Source: Vairimorpha necatrix (Eukaryota). From it: 40,101 nucleotides of DNA. The notes beneath the pieces were generated by a model, which was not told the origin of the DNA, did no database searches, and was given only the letters and a program-made list of their open reading frames with translations. Positions 10,848-22,395 of the stretch are shown one piece after another (the stretch's first letter is position 1; every line of letters begins with the position of its first letter). The DNA is taken from contig CP142733.1 of NCBI GenBank assembly GCA_036630325.1, forward strand, positions 1,054,001 to 1,094,101, in the 5' to 3' direction. A program made the position numbers and the translations under genes.

Positions 10848-11070
10848 ATCCGCGTACCCTTCTCAGCAATATTTCTTTTATATTTTATTTTTAATTAATT
10901 GTTCTTTGTCAACAATAAACGCAAACATTGGCGTACTTACGAATGTAGTAGCGACCATGGAACTTTCGTTTGTTTGATCGTTTACGTGACTCATCATTAC
11001 ACCCCGTTTAAGATGTTTGACAGCTGATCGTTTTGACAGTTGTCTATGTGATGTAGTCATGTACATCACA
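10724..11070 (-). repeat. 5' LTR of the Gag-only element
   Basis: Identical copy of 9007-9353. Contains the gag start codon. Confidence 0.92.
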
Positions 11071-12358
11071 CTTTGATATTTTAATTCATTTCATCGGTAA
11101 TTTTTTTTAACTTGTTTTTATACTCTAATATTATTTATTGTTTACTCGAACAATTATAATTTTTAAAACCATTGCTTCAATGGTCTTTATTCTTTTTTCA
11201 TTAAGTTGTTCTCTAATGTACTCATTTTTTTTACTAAAAAATCTTATAATATTATGGTTACGGATTAATGTGTTATTTTAAATAATTTTTTATTAATTAA
11301 GAATCTTTATTATTGCATAATTTTAACTAACTTATATTCTTTATCTTTTTCCATTTACTTCAAATTTTATATCTTTCGTAAATTTTCGATCAATCGTTCT
11401 TTTAAAATTTTCTTATTTTCACTATCTCGTTTTTATAAAGTGCAAAACTTTCAATGACGTCTTCTACTATAATCTAACAAGTTCTAAGCTATTAATAAAA
11501 TCTGTTGGGGCTTTTTCAATCGCGTAAACTTTGATATCTTTTTACATAAAACAATTAAAGCATCATTTTAATATGTTTTTAAATTGACACATGAACTCTT
11601 TCTACTTCTTAAATTATTTCAAATAAACTCATTTTTTTATGTATTTATTTCTATCTTTTTTAAGCAATATGAGACTTCCGATAACTTTAAAAGTTTTTAT
11701 ATACATCATTGTCTTCATCGCATTTTCATTTATAATTCAGTGCGATTTTTTTTAAAAAAGTGGTGTTATGTGAATTTGACACTTTTGTAAATATTGTATT
11801 GACGAATCCAATTTTTTTTGTATTTCAATACATTCATTCTTGAGCGTTATATTGATTTTTGGATACTTCTATTATTTTATAATGTAAAAGTAAATGGGCC
11901 AGTAAAATAATTTATGCAGAATTTAGTGTTTTTATAATCAAATCGATTAAAAAAAACATTTTATCTTTATAAATACATTATTTTAGACCACATAAACTTG
12001 CTTGGATGGTATTTTCATCAGTTATTATAGTAGTAACATCTATTTTTTTAAAATCTATAAAACATTGCCTATAATTTAGAAAAATGCATTTTTTATAATG
12101 TAAATAATTAAAATAGTCTTTAGAATTTTGAATTAATATATTCATCTGGTTCTATTTTAAATTTAAAAAATATTTTTTTCTTACTTAGACAATACTATTT
12201 AGTAAAATATTTGCAGTAGATTATAAAATGAACCTACAAGTAATGATCTATGACATTTTTATACAATCCGAGAAAAGGCCCAATTATTTTTTAGTCGTAT
12301 ATAGTATCTAGTTTCATTTTATATCATTTAAATAATCAACTTTGTCAGAAAAGTCTAT

Positions 12359-12363
<5 letters not shown>

Positions 12364-12409
<46 letters not shown>
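12364..12409. repeat. (AT)n microsatellite
   Basis: Uninterrupted AT dinucleotide run. Shorter runs occur near 13253-13273 and 26940-26962. Confidence 0.95.
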
Positions 12410-12411
<2 letters not shown>

Positions 12412-14282
12412 GTACGAATATTAAGTAAAAACTGGTTTAAGTTGTAATTAGCATGTTTTATGATGTTTAATAGATAATAAATTTACTAATGTCGAGATAA
12501 TTATCATCAAAATAATCAGGTTCTATACAAACTGTTTCATAATATATTTTACAGCCCTATTTATTTAATATTTTTTAAATTTATGGTTTTTATGGTTTCT
12601 AAAATATTTTTAAAATTAATAGACTTATAAAGACTTATAGAGTTGTCTAGTCGCACTCATTGTAAAATAATACTAAAGATTCGTTATTTGTAAAACTCAT
12701 TAGGCTTGTGTTTTTCTTCTATTTTCAATATTGATTAATAAAAATATTGGTTTTAATATTTATTATTATTATTTTTTGTTTGTTACGTTGAATATTATAA
12801 AAATGGGAGACTTCTATAAAGATATTTTCATCCTTAGCAAATCATAAGCAGTTTAAATATAATACTCGCATAGAATATTGTTGATTAAAAACACATAGTC
12901 TCGACTTTCTTTATTTCAATAAAAATAATTTTCATGTAAAAATTAGAAAGAAAAAAGATTTTCAAGATATCTCTAAACGGTAAAAAAAAATTTATGTTAA
13001 CCTATAAAATAACCATTTTGAAAAACACTATAATTAAGTTCTTAAAAAATTAATTTATTGCTTACACGCGTCAGCTAAAAACTACATTTCAATTAAAACG
13101 TTATGTCAAATTATAAAATTATTGGTAATTACTTTACTTTAATTATTTTTAAATTTTATGACTACTTATTATTAAAAACATATTAATTTGTAGTTTACAT
13201 TTGTTATTTATAAGATTGAGAAATTTATAGTCCTAAGTGGAAAATTTTTTTGAATATATATATATATATATATTTTATGTTTTTTAGAATTTCCAAGTAA
13301 TGGCATGTTCTACGTCAAATTTATTAATATTTTGAAAGCATTTTTTATATACTAAAGACAAAAAAAAATTATTGAAGCTGGGATCAACATATACGTATGA
13401 TACTATTTTTTTTCGTTTATTTTCCCCATAGATTATATGTAAAAAAAATTCTAATTGGTTTTTAATCTTATAACTTGAGTACACGAATTGCTAATTTTGA
13501 CTTTTTGATAGCAAAGTCAAATAAAAAAATTAATAAGCGAATAAATTTTGTTATGGTCTTTATATATTTTTTCTTTTGAAAAATCGATTAAGATTATTTT
13601 CTATAATGGATTTATGATAAAGCGTTAAAATTTGTTTAAAAAAAATATATAATGGCTCTGAGTCGACTTGTAAGAAAAAAAGAGACTTATTTTTAGGACA
13701 ACTAAGGTATGTTTGCTACTCAATTTTCAAATTATCTTTTCAAAGTATTTTATAAAGAAGTTTCTTACTTTATAATATATCACAAAATATAAAAAATAGA
13801 ATACCTATATAATTATTGCTTCAATTAGAGGTCTCGAGTTTTCCTTAAAAAAACAATCTTATATTTTTTGAATCCTTTTTTTTCTGTTATTCCATATGAT
13901 CTCCTGTTCTGATCTTCGAGCATAGTAGATCATGTTTACGTCATTGATAGAGATCAAAGGATATATAACATATTCCAAGGTATAATTTCAGATGTTTTTC
14001 GCCTGTTGATAAAAAAGAAGTGTGTCTATATAAATAAATTATTCTTTGCCGAGGTTTTAATATATCATAATGACCTAAATATATTGCATAAATTCTAAAA
14101 TAACAAATGTGATTGGCTTAAATGTAATCGTAATAGAAACCTATTCTCGATGTATTATGCAAGGCAAAAAAGTACAAATTTTTTTTGTTATATAAAAGTT
14201 TTTTGATCGACGTTTTAGTTTTAAACATTTCATTAATCATTTAATATATGACTTTTTTTATATTTTCTCATAACTTGCCCAT

Positions 14283-16481
14283 ATGCAAATTTTAAGAATA
14301 TTTTTACAATTATTTTTTGTATACTTAAATCATGTATTATACACACTGATTAAGGATAATTTTTTGAACAAAATCGGCTCTTACGATTATATTATATTTG
14401 ATATTAACAAACAATATTGTAAAGTTTGGTTGTTTTTCTTTGAATTAGAAGAAGATATGATGATGACAATATTGGAAAGAAATCATAATTTTTATGATGA
14501 AGTAAATCGCAACATAAATACTTTTTCTATTTTGAATTATAAATATAAGACTATAAGTTTCATAATTGATAAAATTGAAGATAATATTAGAAGATTTTTT
14601 AATTTACAAAATAATCATAGCGTTATATTGTTCTATAATGCATCACAATTAAAAAAATATCCCATCATGAAAGATGTAATAGAAAATATGAAAAATAACA
14701 ACAAAAAAAGAAAGATTAAAAAGAAGACATATGAAATTTATTATGAAAATATTTGTGATCAATTTAATCTTTTAGAACTAATGACCTGGAAACTTAAAAC
14801 ACATTTATCAACAAATAACAACGAAATTATCTTCTCCGACATACCTATTATTTACATCATGAAAGATTATGAAGATAATTATCGAATTACGCTGCGCATC
14901 ATTATAACGGATGTGTTTTATTTATTTGAATTTGATATTAGCGACTTTAGTCATGATGGAATTGATTTACTTCCGATAGATAAATATAAAAACGAACTTG
15001 ACAAAGAAATATTTGCAAAGCTTTTGAAACTATACAAATACGACTTTATTGACGGAGTAATGGAATATTATAAAACAAATAATCTAAAATGTTCGTTAAA
15101 TCAAATAGAACTAGAGAACTTGTCGTTAAAAATTGAGATAGAATCTGACAGGATAATTTTCAATATACCTTGTAATAAATATCTTTACGTCCTAGAAGGA
15201 CAGAATAAATACGAAAATTGCGTGTATATTGATGAACAATGTCATGTTAAGTTTAAGGAAATTTTGAAAAAAATATCCGTTATTGGAAATTTAGACGATG
15301 GAAAAGGATTAGAATTTCTCTTTAGACTACTAAAGAAAAATAAAAAAGTAGAATCTCTCGTAAAGAGAATTCTAAATAAGCAAAGATCGGCTGTAAATAT
15401 TTTTTTTGGTCACATTCTTTTACATACAAAAGAAATAAATAAGTACGAGCTAGATATCATTTTAGGAAAAATAACGAATACAAGAAATATAATTGAGAAA
15501 ATTGAAAAATCATTATTGAGATTGTTTTCAGTTAACAATATGTCAGAATCTTCCTATTTTCTAAAAATTTGTTTAGTGCTAGAGATAGAAGATTTAATGA
15601 CAGAGTGTAAACAGCACAATGATTTTTTTTATAATTCTTTAAATGACATTATAAAATTAATAAAATCTAAAAACCAAAAAGATGAAAAAACTTATATTTC
15701 GCTTGTTATTCATGAAATATCAAATATTTATATTAATGACATTCTTAAATATAATCATGAAGTTATATTTATGATATGTAGAATAATATCTGTACTTACA
15801 GGATTAGATACTGCATTAATTTTTCGAAATAATCCAGAACGCTTTTCAAAAGATGAAGCCATTTCGAATTTGAAACTTTGTAAAAATAATGTCGAACACG
15901 ATTCAAAAATTATAAGAAGAAGATTATTAGAAAATGAACAAATCGATAAAAAATATGAACAAGAGAGAAAATTAAGAGAAGAACAAATGCAAAAAATCAA
16001 ACTAATTGTTTCACAATACGGATTATATGAAAAAATAAATTCAATAATAGTAGATTGTCAAAATAAAAACATAGAAAACATATTTGACGGAGAATTAATT
16101 ACAAAACTACAGAATGAATTCAAAACTAATATATTTAACTTAATTGATCAAATATTCATGGATTTTGTAGGGTTAGAAGGGATAGAAGAAGAATCAATAA
16201 ATGATCATAAAATAGAACTTAAGGAACAAATATATAATGAATTTGCACAAGAATTTACTAGATCAATATCAAATAAGATTTTATCAGAGTTGTCTAATGA
16301 TTTAACAGAAATATTTAGTAGACAATTACAAGACGATTCTTTTGCAAAAAATCATAATGAAAAGGTACACAAAAAATTTAATTTCAATGTGGTAGAAAAT
16401 GATTTGATAAAATTTGTAAATTCCGAATGTGGAATAAAACTTCACGATAATTTGATACAATTATTAAAAGGAAACGTATAA
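14283..16481 (+). CDS. Hypothetical, probably secreted helical protein, 732 aa
   Basis: Intact 2.2-kb ORF with ttgCCCatATG start context, a hydrophobic N-terminus (MQILRIFLQLFFVYL) and a charged coiled-coil-like segment (RRRLLENEQ...EEQMQKIK). No family recognised. Confidence 0.85.
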   Translation: MQILRIFLQLFFVYLNHVLYTLIKDNFLNKIGSYDYIIFDINKQYCKVWLFFFELEEDMMMTILERNHNFYDEVNRNINTFSILNYKYKTISFIIDKIEDNIRRFFNLQNNHSVILFYNASQLKKYPIMKDVIENMKNNNKKRKIKKKTYEIYYENICDQFNLLELMTWKLKTHLSTNNNEIIFSDIPIIYIMKDYEDNYRITLRIIITDVFYLFEFDISDFSHDGIDLLPIDKYKNELDKEIFAKLLKLYKYDFIDGVMEYYKTNNLKCSLNQIELENLSLKIEIESDRIIFNIPCNKYLYVLEGQNKYENCVYIDEQCHVKFKEILKKISVIGNLDDGKGLEFLFRLLKKNKKVESLVKRILNKQRSAVNIFFGHILLHTKEINKYELDIILGKITNTRNIIEKIEKSLLRLFSVNNMSESSYFLKICLVLEIEDLMTECKQHNDFFYNSLNDIIKLIKSKNQKDEKTYISLVIHEISNIYINDILKYNHEVIFMICRIISVLTGLDTALIFRNNPERFSKDEAISNLKLCKNNVEHDSKIIRRRLLENEQIDKKYEQERKLREEQMQKIKLIVSQYGLYEKINSIIVDCQNKNIENIFDGELITKLQNEFKTNIFNLIDQIFMDFVGLEGIEEESINDHKIELKEQIYNEFAQEFTRSISNKILSELSNDLTEIFSRQLQDDSFAKNHNEKVHKKFNFNVVENDLIKFVNSECGIKLHDNLIQLLKGNV

Positions 16482-17773
16482 AATAGTTACTTTGAGTTAT
16501 TTTATAAATCTGTAAGTTATCTATATACATGATAAAAATGTAAAATATAAATTATACTTTTTTAATGCTGTATCGATGAATATAATGGAATATGAAAAAC
16601 TAGATTATATATTTTAAGTCATGCTATTTTTACTAGATAATTTTTTTTATTTTTATGATAAATAAAAGCTTATTGTATGCTTTTTTAACTAATAGATACG
16701 ATTATTTAAGCTTTGAAATTATAAAATAATATTTATATTAAATTTAATATATCATGAAAGAAAAATTTTCTATAATTTCAAAGAGAAATTATAATACAAA
16801 TATATCTTATTGACATATTTATTCTTTCGAGCTACATATTAAGATAATTAAAAGAAATTTTTAGATTTGACGTAATGGGTTATTTATCCAAATGTTTCTT
16901 AGTATATTTGATATATAAACTTTGGTTTCTATTTAGTCAGGATAACATCAAAATGCATTTAAGTAATATATTACTTATTTTAAGAAAAATAAAATTTTAA
17001 AATTAATCATTTCTACAAATAGAGTTTTTATAAGAGATAGATAATTTTTTATGTTTTTGGCGTTTTAAATAATTATATATGATTATCAGTATAAACTAAA
17101 TTCTATTTTTTATGTTTATAAAAGTACTAGATACAAGTGTGACATTTTTAACAACTTCCAAGTAGTGTTTTGTTAGGGAACAGTAAAATTATTCTGTTGA
17201 CAATTGAATTTCTACATAACTTTACAATAAATTTAAATCATACTTTATCATTAAGGTATAAGAAATAGACAATGTTAGAAGCTCAAAAAATATCTGAATT
17301 TTCGATCAAAGCAACTTATACTAATTGAGGAAGCTTAAGGAGAACTTGTGAGCATAGTTTGACTATATGATAAAAAAAGAAACAAGAGGTACATGAAAGT
17401 CTTCAGTCATGCTATTGACTTAATGATGTAAATCTATTTATATTTAATCTATAAATGATTACCATCAATTGTACAATTTCTTTGAAATCCCTTAAGCTCT
17501 TCATTTAATGTCCAAATGCCGACCGATATAGACGATTTCATAATTCAACATTTAAATTGCAAAAAATGTTTCTGGATTTATTTTCGTATTCTAGAAGAAT
17601 TTTGTATTATTAGATAATTTGTAGCATAAGAAATTTTAATAAATAAAAGTTAAACAAATAACCCTCAATGTGATCTGCAAGGTTTGCTTAAATGCAACGT
17701 TTATTTCAAAAACTTTTTTTATAAATAAATTCATATAAGCTGAATGCCCATTTTGTGATAACTACTTAATTAT

Positions 17774-20039
17774 TGTTACGACCCAGCTGGTTACTAAAAA
17801 AAGAATTTTTCTTAATAGAAACCTTACAAAGGTATTTAAAATGCTCTAAGGGAATTGTTTAGAGTGTTTAGCATAAAACATATTTCAATAACACTCAATA
17901 TTATAATTTAATTATAAAAAATATTCGAAAAAAAATAAAGACATTTTTCTTAAGAATTTTTACTACTTTATTATCTAATTTTTATCTTCTATTTAGTATT
18001 TTGAAATTTAAAAAACTTACAAAATTTCAATTAATATTTTTATCAGTATAATTTTTATTATAATACGCATTTTGAATTATACAAATATTTTCAATTATAA
18101 AAGTTGTTTGTTATATATTTAAATACTAAAATTATACTAACAAAACTATATTTAAATTAATTAAAACGGTATACACGTCGAATTATATTCTCAATTTTAT
18201 TTTAGAATAGTTTGTAATTGTGGAAAAGTTAAAAATATAATTTACACAATGAATTAGTGATTAAAAATGATTGGTTTTGAGCATTGTAAACAAGAATTAT
18301 AAATCTAGATTCTGTAATTAAATTAATTGTACAATGAAAATAGGACAATCTATAAATATTATCAGTTGTTTATATATAATTCGATATACTAATGACACAA
18401 ATATTTTTTATGATGAATTATATTAACGCTGGAATAGAAATATGATAAGTATTGAAAAAAAAATCTAGTTTATATTTTAAAGTAAAATTATAAAGAATAA
18501 AAACTCAATTTAACAAAGCTTAACTATTTTTTTAATTTTTTTACCAAATTCATAGACACAATTTCTTCAGAATCTTTAAACTTAACCTTTAACCTATTAT
18601 TAGACAAAATTTCTATTACTTCTCCTAGTTCAGAATAAAACGAGATAATTTTAACTTTTTTGTTTTGGACTTAACGTCAAAATCTTTTTTTAATATTACT
18701 TTATCTCCTATCACAAAATTATTGATAGAACGATGAACGCATTTTTTGTCCATTCTTAAGGGATATTTTTCGTCTAACATAAATCTATTTTCTCGCCCAA
18801 AGTCAAAATACAAGTCTCTATTTTGATTTCCTCATCGTTAACACTGCTTTTACAAGTATTATATCCCTTCCTTCCATAAAATAATTCAAATGGAGATTTT
18901 TTTGTTGCAGAATGTACTGAGATGTTGTATTGATAAACAACTGTGTCAATGAATAAGACTTAGTTTTTATTATTTGTACCAAAATCCTGCGTAGAGGTGT
19001 TTTTGTAAGTATCATAAAATTGTTTGATTTAATCTCTTAACTTGACCTTGACTCTGAGGATTCCTGGGTCGGCCATGAATTAGTAAAATTTCATTCTGAT
19101 CGCAGAATTCAGATAAAAGTGAATTTTTAAATTCTTTACCATTATCACAATGAAGTTCACTAGGAAGCCCGTACCGATTGAAATTAAATTTCGAATTTTT
19201 AAAACTTCCGAAGCAGTTTACGTTTTCATCACAGAAGTAAATGCATACTTAGAATACACATTTATAGCTTCTAGTAACCAACTATTTTCTTCGTTTTGGT
19301 TGGCATAAACCTTCATGTCTACCAGGTCGATAATAATCCTCTCAAAGGGCCTTTTAGCTAATATATGCTTGTAGGTTTCCTTTGTTTTTAGAGGTTGTGC
19401 CTGTGAACAAACATTGCACTCTTTGCAAACCTCACGCACAAGACTTCTTGGGATAGTGAAGTAAAATTGCTGACACAACTCATATAAACGATTGTGTCCA
19501 TAATGATACTTACTATGTAGAGTTTGTACTTCCAATTTCATTGACTGTACCTTACTCTCTACAACTACCCTTTTATGTAAGCCAGAAATATCTCTTAGAA
19601 AGAGAAATTATCTGCAAGAAAGAACTTTTCGGCTCTTTATCTCAGCCTATACCGTAATTGTTGTCGATGATTGCAGTCAAATCATCTCCTTGGAGATTTT
19701 TACCAGAAGATCATACTCTTCTTGGGTTTTGATTCCTTTCATCGAGGGGATAAAAAAATATTTTCCAAAAAAGTTAAAATTTGTTAAAATATTCTAATTT
19801 TTTTAAGTTTAAGTTACTTGGCTCGGTGGTTACTATTGAGTCTTTGACTTCGGCATTTTTTTTGGTTCAGATATCATATGGGTAAAAAATTTTTTAAAAA
19901 ATTAAAAATGTTTCACGTGATAAAACTAACGGAAACTGGGCATAAATTATGAAAACATAGATCATAAATAAAAATTATAAAATACAAGAAAATATGCTGT
20001 GTACTCAGTCGGCTCGGGTAACCAGTTGGGCTCGCGACA
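17774..20039 (-). mobile_element. Ginger/TDD-like DNA transposon with a Gypsy-type integrase (2266 bp), inactive
   Basis: Imperfect TIRs TGTTACGA-CCCAGCTGGTTAC (17774-17794) and revcomp TGTCGCGAGCCCAACTGGTTAC (to 20039). 5-bp TSD ATTAT on both sides. Internal stand-alone integrase gene. Confidence 0.82.
18524..19742 (-). pseudogene. rve-family integrase/transposase pseudogene (HHCC zinc finger + DDE core + C-terminal domain)
   Basis: CCCCtcgATG start (MKGIKTQEEYDLL). Motifs HSKYHYGH...CKECNVC, RPFERIIIDLVDM, LHCDNGKEF, HGRPRNPQSQGQVKRLN (catalytic E changed to K) and FVIGDKVIL. Several stops and frameshifts; joins track ORFs 19218-19541 and 18625-18813. Confidence 0.88.
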
Positions 20040-20287
20040 ATTATTATAAATCTTTTTTAACATTCTTAATCATTACATGTTCACAAATGTAAAATTTTTG
20101 CTTAAGTATTAAAATAACAATAAAAAATTGCATTTAAAGTCATTATGTTTTGGCCTAGAATCCTTTTTTTACTTTTATTTTTGTAATAGAGAAATTTTTT
20201 TTTAGGGAGTAAGAAGCAAAAGAACCTTACATAGAGACCAATTAAATTTAATACAAATCAAACTGATACTATAAGATAATTACAATG

Positions 20288-20602
20288 TGTCATGTATCTT
20301 GGGTACATGGCCATTTTTAATATATTGTTCTAAATATTTTTTAATAATATTATATTTATTGATGGTTTCTTTGGTTCTTTAGTACTCCATATATTCCATA
20401 CCCTTCACAGACAGACTTTCTTTTAAAGTTTATTCTTAATTTGTTAATTGTTGTCAACACTAAACACAAACATTGGCGTACTTACGAATGTAGTAACGAC
20501 CATGCAACTTTCGTTTGATTGTGTGACCCAATATGACATGCCATCCGAAACGGTTGACATATTTTTGACATCTGTCCATGTGTTATAGTAATGTACATCA
20601 CA
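20288..20602 (-). repeat. Solo LTR, diverged relative of the 9007-11070 element LTR
   Basis: TGTCATGTAT...TACATCACA termini. Shares the block CAAACATTGGCGTACTTACGAATGTAGTA with the 347-bp LTR. No matching TSD (CAATG vs GTATC). Confidence 0.88.
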
Positions 20603-21196
20603 GTATCTAAGAAAAACAAAATCTTAATAAAGAATATTAGTTAAATCACGAAATATGTTTTTATTATTTTGTAGTCTAAATTATTAAAAAATGTAGTTCA
20701 TATATAGTTGTAGCAGATCATATACTTACCAATCATATTCTTACAAATGACAGTTTTGATTTGTTGAAAAAATTATTTAAAAAAATTTACTTTAGAGGGT
20801 ATGGAAAATAAGAATAACAAAATTGCCATATATAATAGAGAAATTGAATAACGACGCCAGTAAATCTTAAAATTTGCAATCACATATCAAAGTATTTTGT
20901 ATATAATAAAGGATATATACTCGTTTTTGCCGTGTAAAATGTATCTTATTTTTTAGTTTACTAAATATATATATTACAAAGGTATATTCGGATCAAAGAA
21001 AATCTTATATAATTTTATTTTATATAAGAAAGCATAAAACTAACATTGTAAATTGTTCTTTATTTGATTCATTCAGATTAATGATCTTTTAATCTGACTA
21101 ATATGAAATGTTTTTTTATGCATAGAAAGAAAACAAAAATAAAAGAAGGTTAAACTATAATTGGTTTTCTCAAAGGATAACAAAAAATTAAAATAA

Positions 21197-21268
21197 GTGT
21201 TCTTGGCAGAATAGTTGCACCTTGATTTGGGATATCGAAGGTCTAAAGTTCGATTTCCGTTGGCAATA
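21197..21268 (+). pseudogene. Degenerate tRNA-like sequence (Pro-TGG-like loop); tRNA pseudogene or SINE head
   Basis: A-box-like TGGCAGAATAG with D stem GCAG/TTGC, TTTGGGA loop flanked by CCTTGA/TCGAAGG, and B-box GTTCGATT. Acceptor and T stems do not pair. Confidence 0.35.
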
Positions 21269-22019
21269 AAATTTATATTCGCTGTATCAAATATTTGCTG
21301 TTGGGCATATATATAGACGTCAATAAAATAAAATTGGCAAATTGATAGACTTCAAATAATATGAAAAGTATCTCTTGTTTTGAATTAATTATTAATTTCT
21401 AAAATATATTATTAATTCGAATTTTAATACATATAATTTGTCCTTCTGTGTTTCAAAATACCATAGCTGTATATTCTATAGGGATCTAAAAGCCAATTAT
21501 GCCACTCTTGATGTAGAAATTTATGAAGTTTGTTTTTATACAAACAAGATATAATATAAATAGAGATCTGTTAAATTATTTTATTAGTGACAATGAAGTT
21601 TAAAAAGGTAGCTTTTAGTGTTCTGTGTAAGGAAAGAGATATCTGAGATCTTTATGTTTTATATATATATAGACATTATATTAATACGATAAATCTATAT
21701 AGAGGTTTTAAAATCTTCATTTTAATATATTTATCGATTTAATGACGCGATTAGAGGCTTGTATATAAAAATATTCTTACCAAATCAAATCCCAATGGTT
21801 ACGTCGGAGATAGTGAAGCGCAAGTATTCGATAATAGTTAAGTGAGTAGAAATGCCCTATATCAATTGGATAATTAACTCAATTTCTTTTGAGTTCATGT
21901 ATAAGATTTCATCTTCTCTTCTACTCGCCAAGAATACGAAATTTTAAATTAAATATAGGCTATAAGTCAAAATTATGTTTTTTGAACTTTTAAATTTTTA
22001 ATTATTCAAGGATGACAAG

Positions 22020-22395
22020 TATATATATTCAAACACCAAGAATAAGAATAAAATTATGAAAAAATTATTATCTAAAATGACATAATTTTGATTTCTTTTT
22101 TTCATTGATGAAAAGAATTTATACACATTTATAAAAAAAAGAAGTTGATAAAAATCATGAAAAAATATTTGTCTAACTGGCAATAATTCTTAATTTTAGA
22201 GTTTTGAAATTTTCATTTTTAAAATAAGGAAAATTTTATATATATATATACAATAAGACAGAAAAGAAAATCATGAAAAAATAATTAGTCTAAAATGCAA
22301 TAATTTCTAATTTTAGAGATTTAAATTTTAGATTTTTCAAAGACAACAAGTAAATATACAATGTAATAAGATGAAGAAGAAAATCATGATAATTA
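22020..22395 (-). repeat. Degenerate tandem repeat, about 4 units of 100-115 bp
   Basis: AAAAT(C/T)ATGAAAAAAT...TCTAA...AATAATT recurs near 22050, 22151, 22267 and (partially) 22380. Confidence 0.6.

Larger units (their letters stand above)
9007..11070 (-). mobile_element. Non-autonomous Gag-only LTR retrotransposon (2064 bp), Ty3/Gypsy-related
   Basis: Two 347-bp TG...CA direct repeats (9007-9353, 10724-11070), identical by eye. 5-bp TSD CTTTG (9002-9006, 11071-11075). PPT GGAGAGGGCAGAA on the minus strand abuts the 3' LTR. A single internal ORF. Confidence 0.93.
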
